A DNA stretch of 64,000 nucleotides, taken from the NCBI RefSeq assembly GCF_963921235.1, contig NC_086097.1:68016001-68080000 (forward strand), in the 5' to 3' direction. Position 1 is the stretch's first letter. Every line of letters starts with the position of its first letter. Position numbers and translations under genes: made by a program. Positions 24,156 to 38,485 of this stretch are shown here, piece by piece. Under the pieces are notes generated by a model that was given only the letters and a program-made list of their open reading frames with translations, was not told the origin of the DNA and did not search any database. Source of the stretch: Mobula hypostoma. Its lineage: Eukaryota.

Positions 24156-26857
24156 ACTCAATTAGTCACTACATGGGATGTACACAAAATCCCGATGAAT
24201 CCAATTTCTGGGGTTTTCCAACAGAAATTAAATAATATCTGTCTAAATAATTAATATTTTTGTGCAGTTACAACCCTACCAACTTTTCCAATACTAAGAG
24301 CATTGTTAACCACGTGACAAATGCAGGCAAATAGAGTAGATCAGGTATGAACCCTGATCAGCTTTAATTTTGTATATTTAATTTGATTACATTTGACTAT
24401 AGAATCAATATTGGAATCTTTGAAAAGAAACAACATATATTTGCTAAGATACCAGAGATGAATAGATATGTTAATAAGAAAAGTCTGAAAACTAGTTATT
24501 CTGAATAGCATTAAAAGCTATCCACCTGTAGTGTAAGCAAATGGTTTAAATTATTTCTGCTGGTTTATGAATCCTTAATAAGGGCACATAATTAATTTTT
24601 GTTAGAATGGTGTAGAATATATTTCACACAAATTATTGTTTAAATATATAATATTTGCAGATACTGAATTTGTGATTTTTTTGCATAATACTTTGTAAGC
24701 ATTCAAAAATAATTGGTAAAGGTAAATGTTAAATAGTATGAAAAAAGGACAATAACTTGAACACTTTAGATATCTTTACTTAAGGACGTAAATACTCATT
24801 CATTTTTCTCCCAGGACAAAACAACCTGTCACTATCCAAATGCAAATTGGATCAAATGAGCTCACCAAGATTTACCAAGAAAAAGGTACTTTCATTGGTG
24901 CTTCATGAAACATTGACACCTGATCTCCATTTTTGTAAAAAGCAACAAGGAAGGTCCTTGTTTTGAATGACATTACGAAAGGTTGCAGAGGCCTGCAAGT
25001 TAAAATCTTAGTAGACTAAGTCAACAACTACACCTTCAGTAAGGCCCAAATAAAAACAAAATATCAGCACTGTACAGTGTTCAATTGACTTGACTAAAGC
25101 AGTGTTTTTTATTGATGGCTCACTCTGCTTTGAGTTTTAAAACAATTAGCAGTCTGTCTTTATGGAAACCTTAACAACTTTTATGCCTAAATTGGTTAAG
25201 ATGTATTCAGCATATATTGCATTATCAACAGATGCATACATTTGCCATACTGTCATACCTGGCTGATCACTAAACAATAAATATACTCCAAAGACTGACA
25301 CATGGTCCAACAAAAAGACAGCACCTCCACATTATCCAATATTGTACTCGTCCCGGTTCCAGCAAGCTGCCTTGCACAGTTGTATGTGATGAGCAATTCA
25401 ACAATCCCAACCAAATAAGGTCAGGCTACAAAAAAATGACATAGATACCTCACTGAACTGTTTATATATTCCTTTCAACTCCTTAGGAGTTAAGATTCAC
25501 TGTCCAACTGCAAATTATTTTATCTAAGACTGATTATGATGGTGTATGTAGATGGATTTGAAATTGTTTTTAATGTGAATACATTCCTCAGTCTGCGTCT
25601 TTAATTGAATATTAAATTTATTACTTTAACTATGTTACCCAATATTAAAAAAAAACAATTTTGAAGCTTATCTTAGTGTAAATTTTACAATGAAGCTAAA
25701 TTATTTTAAATATTAGGTCAGTAGTTATAACCTGTTCTATTCAATGTCTTATTTAATAGATAAAATAATACAAAATTTAATAGTTGAGCTGGCAAATGCT
25801 TCTTCTCATGCAGGGTACAAGCATATCAGATAGAAAACATATCAAAGAAAGAAATCCTTCCCTCTGATAACCTACTCTAGTCTTTGCAGATAGAAATCAA
25901 TATTAATTGAAAAGGAACTGATTATGTGGAAAATCCATTTACGAGTCCCCTCACTGTGAAATTTCTCAAATGTTATTTCAGATATAGTCAGTCTCATCAA
26001 ACAGTACAATTTCTGCTCTCAACAAAGAAATGTAGATTTTAACTTCAACAATTGCAACCCTTTTCTTTAACTTCCATGAACCATTGTTCACTCAGTTATT
26101 CTGAAGGCCACATATTTCACAAACACACAATTATATCAATATTATTTTGCCTAGAAATTCAACTCTGGTCACTAGTGCTAAATCTGCTATAGAAAGTTAC
26201 ATCAGCAATTTGCAATATGCCATAAAAATCTCTTCATTGATTTTAACAAAGCTGCTTTTGAAGCTAGACTACAATCCACTGATTCCACTACAAAAATCAT
26301 GCATTATTTTGAATAGAGAAGAAATTCTAGATACTTGTAGGCATTTGTCCCTGTATTAGCCTAATGTAGCATGTCAGCTAACATAAGAAATATTCAGAAA
26401 AAAATCTAAGATAAAATCAATTAGAATCACTAACCCAGTTTCAACCAAAAAATGTAGCATATGAGTGACAGTAACAAGAAATGGAAGACAAAGCAGTGTA
26501 AAGCACATATTTTAGGTTGAGTTCCAATGTACAGTTGATACACAAATTTATAGCCTTTTCACCCAAGGGACTATTTACCAAGATTTCAGTGATACCTTAA
26601 AGCAATGTTCTTCCATGGGCACATTAATACTATTCTCAGGCAAATCTCCAAAGATTAGTGTCTGCATTTTTGTAAAGCTGATTATCCTTCAAATTAACAC
26701 AATTAAGTTCCATTATTTTTATTTTTACAATGCATAAAATGGCCATCCACACATTACACTCCAGGAATTTAGCAGTTGTGGCATAGAACTGATTACAAAG
26801 GCACTTTCATGACAAAAATGCCATCAGACATATGACAGGAAAATTATACTTACTTAC

Positions 26858-26947
26858 CTGTGAAAGGCCTAAGTAGATGGAGACAGTTTCAGAGATGTAT
26901 AAAAACCTTCCTTCTTGGTTTAGTGCAAATATAAATCCATCCAAAGA
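26858..26947 (-). CDS. NPAS1/NPAS3: Internal 90-nt coding exon of an NPAS1/NPAS3 (trachealess-family) bHLH-PAS transcription factor, PAS-A domain
   Basis: Acceptor TTTTGCTTGCAG, donor CAG/GTAAGT; translates [30 protein letters not shown] versus recalled human NPAS1/NPAS3 [30 protein letters not shown]; phase 0-0. Paralog not resolved. Confidence 0.93.
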
Positions 26948-29340
26948 CTGCAAGCAAAACAAACAAAAGATTCAAGTGAGTTTAACACCAGAATACTAGT
27001 GAGTCCCTTGTTAAAAAAAGCCATTTAAAAATGTTAATTTAAACAATCTTACAGAGTTAGATTAAAGGGTTATTGGCCAATATTTAATCAATTTCAAAGT
27101 ATCCAAACAAAAGACATGTTTAAAAAATCAGCAAAAATGAACATAGAGTGTAAATAGGAAAAATGCAATTAAACAAAAATTATAAACATTTCATAAAAAG
27201 TAATAATTTTATTTTGAATTTTATTTCAAAATAATTTATTCTCAATTTCATAATTTCTAAACATAAAATCTAAATCTTACAAACATCTAAAAAAAATCAC
27301 TAAAAAAAAAGTTAAGCAGCTCTTTATAACAACTATATAAAATGGAATACTTCAATATAATATTGGCCAAAATGCTATTCCTACATTCCATAAATATTTA
27401 ATCTCAAAAGAGTGACATATAATCAATATCATGTTCTACCAGTAACTGAATCCCTGAGACTGAAACAGAAAAATTATTATAGCTCTCACAGATCTTTGTA
27501 ACCACCTCAAAAAAAAACATCCCAATGCTTGGTATTTCAGAAAAGGAACAATGAAAATGGTCTGGATCATGAGCAGAATAAAGAATTGAATTTTTGAATG
27601 GTTCCATCTCTTTTAACACAATCTTGACATTTAATAACCAGAGGAATGGATTTGTTATAACTTCAAATACTATAGGGTCTAGTAAAGTGGCCTGATTAAA
27701 CTTTTGTTATTTTACAGGAAATATTGAACGCAAAAGAAAAAAAATGGTTGTGTAATAATAATTCATACTAATTTCATTTTATGAAGTTAGCACATGTAAT
27801 TTGTCTATGCAAATTTAAATTATAAACAATGCTACTAAACATCAAGATTTTGAAAATAATATATTAAAATGATGTATCAAACTCATTCTGGCTCATTAGA
27901 TTGCGCTAGGAATGTTGTACAAACGTTTCTGACCAGTTAAAAAGTGACAGTTCTCATTTTTTAAAATTTTGCACAGAATGATGTTGAAATTGAATACTGC
28001 CATTTTAATTAATAATTGGTGAACACATACTTTTCTTGAATGGAATCTGCTTAGTGATTGTGAAGGAAAGACGAAATTTAAGGGAAACTTTTATGGGTTG
28101 TTCTCCATTCTTCAGTATAGGAAGTATTGATACAATTATTAAATGGCAATCAATACCATTTTACTGATTTTTCTTTTGCAGTATTTCAACATTCCTTTCA
28201 AAAGTAGTATCAGTAACCAAAAGTAGCACCACATACCCAAAGAAGTTTCAGTACACTGCACAGATCAATGCATCTCAACCAGAAATTATTATGCTCAGAT
28301 GAATTAGTTGAATTAGAAAATATTTTAAATTACTTATATTGTATTCAATGTTCTGGTCTCATACTACAGGGCAGTACAACCATTAATACTTTATTAATCA
28401 TAATAAAACAATCTTATTTAATACATATTAACAGCACATTACTATAAGGGGAAAATTAGGTTGAGGATTTTCTTTCAGTGCAAAATTCATGTAATGACTT
28501 TGAAGTATATTTTAAGGCTTTATGTCAATTAATACTAATTAGGTGATTTATGAGAAAGCAAAAACAATTGGATAAAAAAAGGCATGGATTAACATTCAAT
28601 ACCGAGGAAATTTTCAACACAGAAGGTCACCCCCTGAACCAAAGGACAAATAGCTTGCATGATACAATGAGGAAATATTAAAGTACCTTCTGTGCTTGTC
28701 AGAATTCTCATTAAAGTAATAAAACACAAATAATGTTCATTTAAACAAATACTTACACCATATGTTATATAAACAGAACCTTTGAAATCAAACTTCCCAC
28801 TCTAATAAATCAAGTTCAAAAAGAATTTTCCATCCAGTAAAGAATGTGAAGTCAAGTAGGGTGGGACGGAATTGGGCAAATACACCATGGTAATGCACCT
28901 AGTGGACTATGAAGTAATGCACTGTAAAATAACAATTTCTGAGCACAGACCGCAGAATCTCATGGGCTATGTTCCACAGCAAACCAGCAAGAAATTTAGG
29001 GCAGTAAAGCTCGTTGCCTCTATCTAGTTTTCATTCTTCTCAGCTATTTTCCAAATCTCCAAAAAAAAAAGTAGTGCTGAGTCATTTCATTTCCCTTCAT
29101 TTGAAACCCCATTGTGTCATGAAATTCGGCTCAGGACACAGTATACCACGGTCATTCTGGAGATCTTCGTCAGCCAGTCCTAACCAGGTCCTGCACCAAA
29201 AGTATGCTTCCTAGCTACAATTTCTTACTCAATTACACAACTGATTGTCAGGCTTTTCACTGCAGAAATTCTGTGCAATGTTGTAAGATTTCCTACTGGG
29301 CTAGTAAAATATATCTCGCCTCCTGAGCAAACTCTTAAGC

Positions 29341-29718
29341 ACTCTCTGACGGTGGTGTCTGAAAAGAGGATGCTGTCGAAGTTGCATGCCATCTTGGTCA
29401 ATGTCTCCCATCCACTACATAATGTACTGGGTAGGCACAGGAGTACATTCAGCCAGAGACTCATTCCTCCAAGATGCAGCACAGAGCGTCATAGGAAGTC
29501 ATTCCTGCCTGTGGCCATCAAACTTTACAACTCCTCCCTTGGAGGGTCAGAGACCCTGTGCCCATAGGCTGGTCCTGGACTTATTTCATAATTTACTGGC
29601 ATAATTTACATATTACTATTTAACTATTTATGGTTCTATTACTATTTATTATTTATGGTGCAACTGTAACAAAAACCAATTTCTCCCTGGGATCAATAAA
29701 GTATGACTATGACTATGT
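29341..29718 (+). mobile_element. Rex1-type LINE 3' fragment, same family as 20506-21302
   Basis: VSEKRMLSKLHAILVNVSHPLH..SFLPVAIKLYNSS; AATAAA followed by (ATGACT)n. Confidence 0.92.
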
Positions 29719-30658
29719 ACCAAAAAGCCCATATTAAAAAGCTTGGAATATTAAATCAATGCGTCAGAAAAGCATCCTGAATTTTCTTGAAATTTAGTCC
29801 TTGTGGTTTCACTCAGCAGTTCATATAAAAAATATCTGTTTCTATGGTGGATACCATACATTAGAGGGAATGGCACCATCTTCTTGGAGTATCCAGGTAG
29901 AGACAAATCGAAGTATTCATTCACTTAGATAAAGTCCACCTCAGAATTATCAGTTACCTGACCTGTACATTCATATGCAGCCAACTTGGAAATCCTTAAC
30001 ACGCAGTCACGGAAAAAAGCAGTAGTCACTGATAATCATGTGTTACCACCAGAAATGTCTTTCTAGGCAGGCTGCAAATATCCATCACTATTTGACATGG
30101 TAAGCTCAGCCCATGAAAACACTACCTCTGAGACCATAGATGTTGAACTATTTGTAAAGTCTATATTGTGAGCAATTGAAGACTTAGCACATGTGTACTT
30201 CCCAGAATATATGATAGCTATGACATTCCTGTTCTTGTTCTGAAACAAATATTGAAGGTGCCTGAACTTCTGTCTGTAAACCTCCAAAGTAAAAAAAAGA
30301 ATCTGTTTAATGATTCTCTCATATAGTTATTCCGAAGCAAGCTGAGACATCAGTTGCAGTAGGTGAGCTTTTAAGAGAAAGAATAACAAAAATCAAATGT
30401 ACAATCTTGCTGCTGCTCAAACCTATCCCCATACTCTCCACTTTCCAGAGTGAGTGTGGTTCCAGTCAGGATGAAGCGCCCCCTTTATCCACATTCTGTT
30501 CAGCCAGCTGAAGAGTGTGATCCCTCCAAAACAAAGACACAGTTGTTGCATGATGAACCACCTACAAAATACGCTGCAATAACTCGAAGTTTCTTAACCA
30601 GTTCCTCACAAACTTACAACTCCAACTACTGGGAAGGACAAAGACAGCAGGATCAGAG

Positions 30659-31270
30659 GAACACACACAAAATGCTGGAGGAACTCAGCAGGCCAGGCAG
30701 CATCTTTGGAAAAGAGTACAGTCAACTTTTCGGGCTGAGACCCTTCAGCAGGACTGGGGAAAAAAAAGATAAGGAGTAGATTTAAAAGATGCGGGGTGTG
30801 GAGTGGAGGAGGCCACGGATTGATATATCAGAATGGGAAGTGAAATTAAAATGGGTGGCCACTGGGACATCCTGCTTTTTCTGGCGGATGGAGCACAGGT
30901 GCTCGGTGAAGCGGTCTCCCAATCTAAGTTGGGTCTTATCGATAGACAGGAGGCTACACCGGGAGTACTGGACACAGCATATGACCTCAACGGACTCACA
31001 GATGAAGTGTCACTTCACCTGGAAAGACTGTTTGGGGCCCTGAATAGCAGTAAGGGAGGAGGTGTAGGGGCAAGTGTAGCACTTGTTCCGCTTGCAAGGA
31101 TAAGTGCCAGGAGGGAGATCAGCGGGAAGGGACGAATAGACAAGGATCCCTACGGAAAGCAGAAAGCAGTAGGGCGGGGGGAGGAGGGAAAGGTGTGTTT
31201 GGTGGTGGGATCCTATTGGAGATGGCGGAAATTCTGAAGAATTACGTGCTGGACACAAAGGCTGGTGGTC
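30659..31270 (-). mobile_element. PLE 3' fragment with an internal deletion
   Basis: GTYPCKRNKCYTCPYTSS..GPKQSFQV; hammerhead-like CAGTCCTGCTGAAGGGTCTCAGCCCGAAA near 30720-30757. Confidence 0.88.
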
Positions 31271-33419
31271 AATCTGGTCACACTTATATCACATACAATT
31301 CCAACTTAGACATTTAATTATAGTCTTTTCACCTCCACTGAGTCAAATTCCTGAAAGTCTTCACTAATCAGCATTGTGCCAGAAAGACACCAGAAGTCTC
31401 AGGGAGTGAATAATCTGAACTGTCCAACAAACTGCTTAAGTAATGTCCAAATTCTATGAATGAAAACAAAGCTATATAGCTATTAACTATCCCACTAACC
31501 TTCATTTACTAATCCAGGCATACTAACTTGTCTAACAAAAGAGAAGGCACAGTAGGAAAAATATGGATGAAGAAAGATCTCTAGAAGTATTATATTTATC
31601 ATCTGTGAAACATTTTCTATAATTTGCATGAACAAAAAAGTATGACTACAGCTGAGGCTTTAACTTGATAAAGCTTGATAAAATTTTGTTGTGAATCTTC
31701 ATGGTGATTTAACCAATACAATCATTATGTTCAATATAACAAACCACATCACATATTTCCATTATACTAACTGCTAGATTCAAAGAATACTTCAATACCT
31801 ATGTGTATTCTCATTCTCAAAACTCCCAAAACCTATTAACTAGGTACACATCCAGCTCCTTTTTCACTGAACCAATCAAGACAGGATTAATTGTTTCAGA
31901 TGGAAATTCACCTTTCATTTACTCTGTTGAAGTCTTTAGGGGGTGAAAAAGCCCATTCTGTAATCTCATTTTAGACTAATTTATTTTGTAGTTATGCAAT
32001 CACTATTAGACTACCAAGAAGTACAGAGAACTTCAGGTCCCCTTGAGCCGCTCATTTTTACTGGAAGCAGAGTTCACGTATAAATGCATCTTACTGTTAC
32101 TGTAATAAAAGCTTATTTTTGCAATATTAAGCTAGCACAATTATATGATCAGTTGATAAATGTGTTTAAAAATAATCCTTTTCTTTTGATTGCATGGTTT
32201 TTGTCATTTCCTTGTTCTCTCCCTTAACCCAATCTTCTATTTATTATTATAATTGTGCTTAATTTAAAAATTAAGTGATCATATTCTAATCAACTTTAAT
32301 TTTACTGAAATATACATGGATTACCCAATAAATATTTAGATGGAAATGACATAAAGACTGAGCACATAGAGCATCTACGCTCTACTATAGATGTCCACGA
32401 TTCCCACCTGTGTGCCAGCTTAAAAAATCCCTTGGCTCCAATTTGCAGCCTTGCACCTCAGTACTTGTGAGTCTACACACCCATGACCTTCCTTTCTACC
32501 TGTTTATTGTATTGGTGAAAATGACATTCAGCCTGAAGGAGATATAAATTACATTTCTTTTAAGGTGCATCGTACAGTCCATATGAAATAAATCCCTCAA
32601 GTTCAAATCCATGACAATAACGAATAGTGGAAACAACTTATAAAATTTTTAATTTCTGTTAATTATCTTGGCTGTATTATTTCAGCATGCTTTGTCGGAC
32701 AGCAATCATTATTGCTCCTGGGATGTCCACTTCAGCCTTTTTTATTCAGGAGCATTGCCAATTCAAATTGCACTATTTTTGAATGCAGCATTTTCTTTAT
32801 TTAGACAAAAGCATACCACTATCCTGTTTTAAATTATTTTGTTCATAACTGCCGATTAAAGGCCTGGAGCACAAGGCAGCCATTGTAGCTCCACAGCTGT
32901 CAGACTAAGATCACAACTCCAAAAAAGAAGTCCTTGAAAATACTAAAGCAATTGCCTGTAAATTCATTTGTCTACAAATCAGAACTTCGAAATTATTCAG
33001 TTGAAATTTTTACAAGTTGTCAAAATTATCGTCTTCTTTTAAAAGCTACTGCCACAGAGTAGGTGCATTTTGTTTATCAAATGGAGAATGGCAGCACCAC
33101 AAAATAAAGCTCCAGTGACATCTTGAGCAGTTGCTGGCTCTCAGCCCAGCAACTTTGTATTAGAACTCCAGCCCAGAAAGGGATCCGCACAGTTCACACA
33201 TGCTACTCCTATATCTGATCTTATTGGGGAGATATAGGAGGGTACAAATACTGACTCATAAATATTGTCATTCAAGCTTTGGTGGAGATGATTAACAACA
33301 TGAGACAAGTCTGTTCTACCAGGTGTCCAGGAGATGGAGACAGGAGGTGATGGTGGAGGTAACCTCCAGAAACAAAAAAACCAAAACTATTGTGCAGTTA
33401 AGGAGAACAATAAATAATA

Positions 33420-36365
33420 CCTCATCAAAAAAGGCATGTTATAATGGCAATGCTGTGATAGCCATAGGGGATTTCAATGTGCAGTCAGGTCGGTGCTGGA
33501 TCCTAAGACAGGGGATTTGTAGAATGCCTACGTGAATGCAGCTTGTGGTTCAGCCCACTAGGGGAATGGCAATTCTGGACTGGGTATTATGTAATGACCC
33601 AGATTTGACTAGGGAGCTTAAAGTAAAGGAAATATTAGGAGATAGTGCTTACAATATGATAACATCCAGCCTGCAGTTTGCAGTAAGCTAAAATTGAATG
33701 TATCCGTATTACAGTGGAGTAAAGGGAATTAGGGAGGCATGAGAGAAGAGCTGGTCAAAGTTGATTAGAAGGGGACACTAGCAGGGATGACGGCAGAACA
33801 GCAATAGCTAGAATTTCTGGTAGCAATTCAAAATCTACAGGACAGATCTATCTCAAAGAATTCCAACAAATCTAAGGAAATAACAGGCAGAATAGACAAA
33901 GGAGTCAGTGGATATTGTTTACTTGGATTTTCAGAAGGCATTTGACAAGGTGCCACACATGAAGCAGATTAACAAGATAAGAGCCCATGATAGGAGAGTC
34001 AACATGGCTTTGTGCGTGGTAGGTCATGTTTGACCAATCTGTTGGAGTTTTTCGATGAGGTTACCAGGAAAGTGGATGAAGGGAAGGCAGTGGATATTGT
34101 CTACATGGATTTCAGTAAGGCCTTTGACAAGGTCCCGCATGGGAGGTTAGTTAGGAAAATTCAGTCGCTAGGTATACATGGAGAGGTGGTAAATTGGATT
34201 AGACATTGGCTTGATGGAAGAAGCCAGAGAGTGGTGGTAGAGAATTGCTTCTCTGAGTGGAGGCCTGTGACTAGTGGTGTGCCACAGGGATCAGTGCTGG
34301 GTCCATTGTTATTTGTCATCTATATCAATGATCTGGATGATAATGTGGTAAATTGGATCAGCAAGTTTACTGATGATACAAAGATTGGAGGTGTAGTAGA
34401 CAGTGAGGAAGGTTTTCAGAGCCTGCAGAGGGACTTGGACCAGCTGGAAAAATGGGCTGAAAAATGGCAGATGGAGTTTAATACAGACAAGTGTGAGGTA
34501 TTGCACATTGGAAGGACAAACCAAGGTAGAACATACAGGGTTAATGGTAAGGCACTGAGGAGTGCAGTAGAACAGAGGGATCTGGGAATACAGATACAAA
34601 ATTCCCTAAAAGTGGCGTCATAAGTAGATAGGGTCATAAAGAGAGCTTTTGGTACATTGGCCTTTATTAATCAAAGTATTGAGTGTAAGCGTTGGAATGT
34701 TATGATGAGGTTGTATAAGGCATTGGTGAGGCCGAATCTGGAGTATTGTGTTCAGTTTTGGTCACCAAATTACAGGAAGGATATAAATAAGGTTGAAAGA
34801 GTGCAGAGAAGGTTTACAAGGATGTTGCCAGGACTTGAGAAACTCAGTTACAGGAGAAAGGTTGAATAGGTTAGGACTTTATTCCCTGGAGCGTAGAAGA
34901 ATGAGGGGAGATTTGATAGAGGTATATAAAATTATGATGGGTATAGATAGAGTGAATGCAAGCAGGCTTTTTCTACTGACGCAAGGGGAGAAAAAAAAGA
35001 GGACATGGGTTAAGGATGAGGGGGGGAAAGTTTAAAGGGAACATTAGCGGGGGCTTCTTCACACAGAGAGTGGTGGGAGTATGGAATGAGCTGCCAGATG
35101 AGGTGGTAAATGCGGGTTCTTTTTTAACATTTAAGAATAAGTTGGACAGATACATGGATGGGAGGTGTATGGAGGGATATGGTCCGTGTGCAGGTCAGTG
35201 GGACTAGGCAGAAAATGGTTCGGCACAGCCTAGAAGGCCCAAAAGGCCTGTTTCTGTGCTGTAGTTTCTATGGTTCCATGGATACTACAGGAAAGATATT
35301 GACATGGATAGAACATTGGCTGACTGGCAGTAGGCAAAGAATGGGAATAAAGGGGCCTTTTCTAATTGGCGACCGGTGGCTAATGGTATTCCACAGGGGT
35401 CAGTATTGGGATTGCTTCTTTTCATGTTATCGGTCAATGATTTTCTGTAGATGAAGGGATTGATGGCTTTGTGGCCATGTTTGCAGATGATATGAAGATA
35501 GGTGGAGGAGCAGGTTGTATTGAGGAAGATGGGTGTCTGCAGAAGGACACACAGATTGGGAGAATGGCCAAAGAAGTGGCAAATAGAATATAGTCTAGCT
35601 CAGTGCGTGGTCAAGCCCTTTGGTAGGAGGAAAAAAGGTGCAGACTAATTTTTTTTAGTGGTGAGAAAATTCAAAATCCAGAGGTGCAAAGGACTTGGGA
35701 GTTCTCGTGCAGGATTCCCTGAAGGTTAACTTGCAGGTTGAGTTGGTGGTAAGGAAGGCAAATGCAACTTTAGCATTAATTTTGAATACTAGAATACAAA
35801 AGCAAAGACATCATGCTGAAGGCATTGGTCAGATGGCACTTGGAGTATTATGAGCAGTTTTGGGCCTGTTATCTGAGAAAGGATGTGCTGGCATTGGAGA
35901 TGGCCTTGAAGAGGTTCATGAGAATGATCCCAGGAATGAAAGGGTTAACATATTGATGGCTCTGGGCCTGTACTGACTGGAGTTTAGAAGAATGAGGGAG
36001 GATCTCATTGAAACCTATCAAATATTGAAAGTCCTAAATAGAATGGATGTGGTGAGGATGTTTCCTATAGTGGAGGAGCCTAGGACCAGAGGGTACAGCC
36101 TCAGAATAGAGGGATATTCATTTAGAACAGAGATGAGGAAAATTTCCTTTTAGCCAGAGGATGGCGAATCCATGGAATTTATTGCCACAGACAGGTGTGC
36201 AGCCCAAGTCATTGGGTATATTTAATGCGAAGGTTGATAGGTTCTTAATTAATCAGGGCATCAAAAGTATTAGGGAGAAGCCAAGGGAATGGGGTTGAGG
36301 GGATAATAAATCAGCCCTGAAGAAATGGTGGAGTAGTGTTGATGGGCCAAATGTTTTATATGAGT
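33420..36365 (+). mobile_element. Old CR1 LINE with internal deletions, hosting a younger CR1
   Basis: AIGDFN endonuclease motif, YLDFQKAFDKVPH, FADD near 35480, CR1 3' UTR near 36270-36360. Confidence 0.85.
33990..35274 (+). mobile_element. Younger 5'-truncated CR1 nested in the older CR1
   Basis: ORF 34012-34623 SCLTNLLEFF..DFSKAFDKVPH..GVPQGSVLGPLLF..FTDDTK; tail TTTCTATGG; CCATG present at both junctions. Confidence 0.9.
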
Positions 36366-36539
36366 AGGTAGAATCTATCACCTTAAACTTGTTATTGACA
36401 GACATTGCCTCAGGCTGCAGCACTGTGAGCACTTTGAGCAACTTCTCACTTTCACATTCTTATAGCCAACAGTAATCCTACTCTCTCCCCTTATTACTCA
36501 AAATTCTCAATGACATCCAAAATGTGCCTTTGCATTGCG

Positions 36540-37370
36540 TGGTTAATGGTACAGTTTTCAAGCAGGCTTTGAGAACATCCTTGCATCTTCCTATGCTCTC
36601 CTGGTCACAGAGCTCAGAAGAGGGAGTCTGGTGTCAGCATGGGAGCAACGGAGCAGACTGAATGTAATTGAGGTCTTAATGCTGAGGAAGCTGACCTGGG
36701 AGAGGATATGGATGATGGATTGTGGATACATATAGTGGATTTGGATGGAGTGCCAGTGACATCTTTCCAGTGCCTTGATGTGCTTGTTGCAGATACTCCA
36801 TGTCTCAGAAATATATAGGAAGGCAAGATTCACCATTGCCCAGCAGACCGGGAGTTTTAGTGCCAGATCTAGCATATTTATCTTCAAACACTATTCTCCT
36901 GATTTATCCAAAGCCTATGTTTGTGTACTGAAGGCGATAATAGATTTCATTACCAATTTCTGCCTTCACTGATCATGACTCCAAATTGTCAGGAATGCTC
37001 TTTCATTTTCAAGAACTCCTAGAAACCTTTATTGTCAGAGGTCAATGTTGTACAATGGGGATCAAGTTTGTCGAAGGCCTGTGTCTTGCAATGCATGCTA
37101 GGCTCATCATCTTTTGAGCTTCAATGAATAGCTGAGAGCTTGGCTTTGAAATTTCTGTATATCCAAGTGTTATCTGCACTCTAAAACTCAACTACTGAAG
37201 TTGTGGGGACCTTGAATCTGGAGTGGAGAGCATATAGGTTGAATGGTTTGCCATTGGGTTTGAAAATTAGTTCTATTATCAAAGGACATTTGCTGATGTG
37301 AGGTGCAGCAATACAGAAAGACTGAAAGCTGTGCCAAGGCAATGAAATGCTCTTGATTACCCGCAATTTT
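36540..37370 (-). mobile_element. Degraded RTE-clade LINE fragment
   Basis: ORF 36591-36887 AFLYISETWSICNKHIKALER..IQIH resembles the RTE C-terminus (LLYxSETW..HLKALE). Confidence 0.6.
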
Positions 37371-37849
37371 CAATGTGATTGGAGTCTTTGGCTTGGATTA
37401 TAACTTACATGCGATCATAAAATTAATAAGGAAATTAATTGCTGTGAGCAGTCAAAAATCAAAGGAAGAGTTGTTAAGAGAGTTTTACATTACTTTCTAA
37501 ATAAGTAGAGTCAAAGCTTGTAAAAGTGGAGAAACGTCACATAGAGTGGGTTGGTGATGATCCTTGCATTTTATTTGGAAGTAAGCATTTGAAGAGTACT
37601 CAGAGTACTTTCCCTAAGACAGACAGCAGAGAAATGTACCACTGGAATAAATGTGCATGGTTCACAACGAAGCTTAGAGAGACTGTAAACTTTCTAGAAT
37701 CCTGCCTTCCCCATGTATTACTCTGCACATCATTACCGTACTAATAACCCAGAAAGAACAGGCATCCTGATGAAAACAATTGATTGAAACCAGTTGAATA
37801 TTTTAAATGCATTATTTTAAGTTTTAATACTTTAAAATTTTATTCAACT

Positions 37850-38485
37850 AAAGGAGAGGAATGGCAGCAGCTGGCAGTGATCAGCAGGTGAGAAGAGAAG
37901 GGGTAAGAAGAGAGCCAGAATGGGGAATGGAAATGGAGAAAAGGATGGGGAGGCAGAAATGACTGGAAGTTGAAGAAATTGATGTTCATTCCATCAGGTT
38001 GGAGGCTATCCAAATGGAATACGAGGTGCTGCTCCTCCAAACTGAGAGTGACCTTGTCATAGCAGAAGAGGAGGTCATGTGTCCACTTGTCCAAATGGAA
38101 GTGGAATTAAAATGGTTGGCCACTGGCAGATCCTCCCTGTTACGGACAGAGTGAAGGTGCTTTATAAAGTGGACCCCAAATCTACATCGGGTCTTAGCAA
38201 AGTACAGGAGGTCACACTAGGAGCACTGGATACAGACGTCTCCAACAGACTTGCAGGTGAAGTGTTGCCTCACCTGAAAAGATTGTTTGAGACCCTGAAT
38301 GGTAGTGAGGAAGGAGGTGAAAGGTAGGAGCACTTGTTCCATTTGCAGGTTTAAGTGTCAGGAGAGAAATCAGTGGGGAGGGACAAACATAAGGAAATCA
38401 CACAGACAGCAATCTCTGTGGAAAACAGAGGATGGGGGTGATAATGATGTGTTTGGTGCTAGGATGCTGTAAAGATGGTGGAAAT
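37850..38485 (-). mobile_element. PLE GIY-YIG region fragment
   Basis: LEEQHLVFHLDSLQPDGMNINF in ORF 37840-38094. Confidence 0.85.

Noticed and set aside
29950..30290. Possible upstream NPAS exon near donor-like motifs
   Set aside because: Translations bear no resemblance to the expected ..FE.HLG.HILQ peptide.
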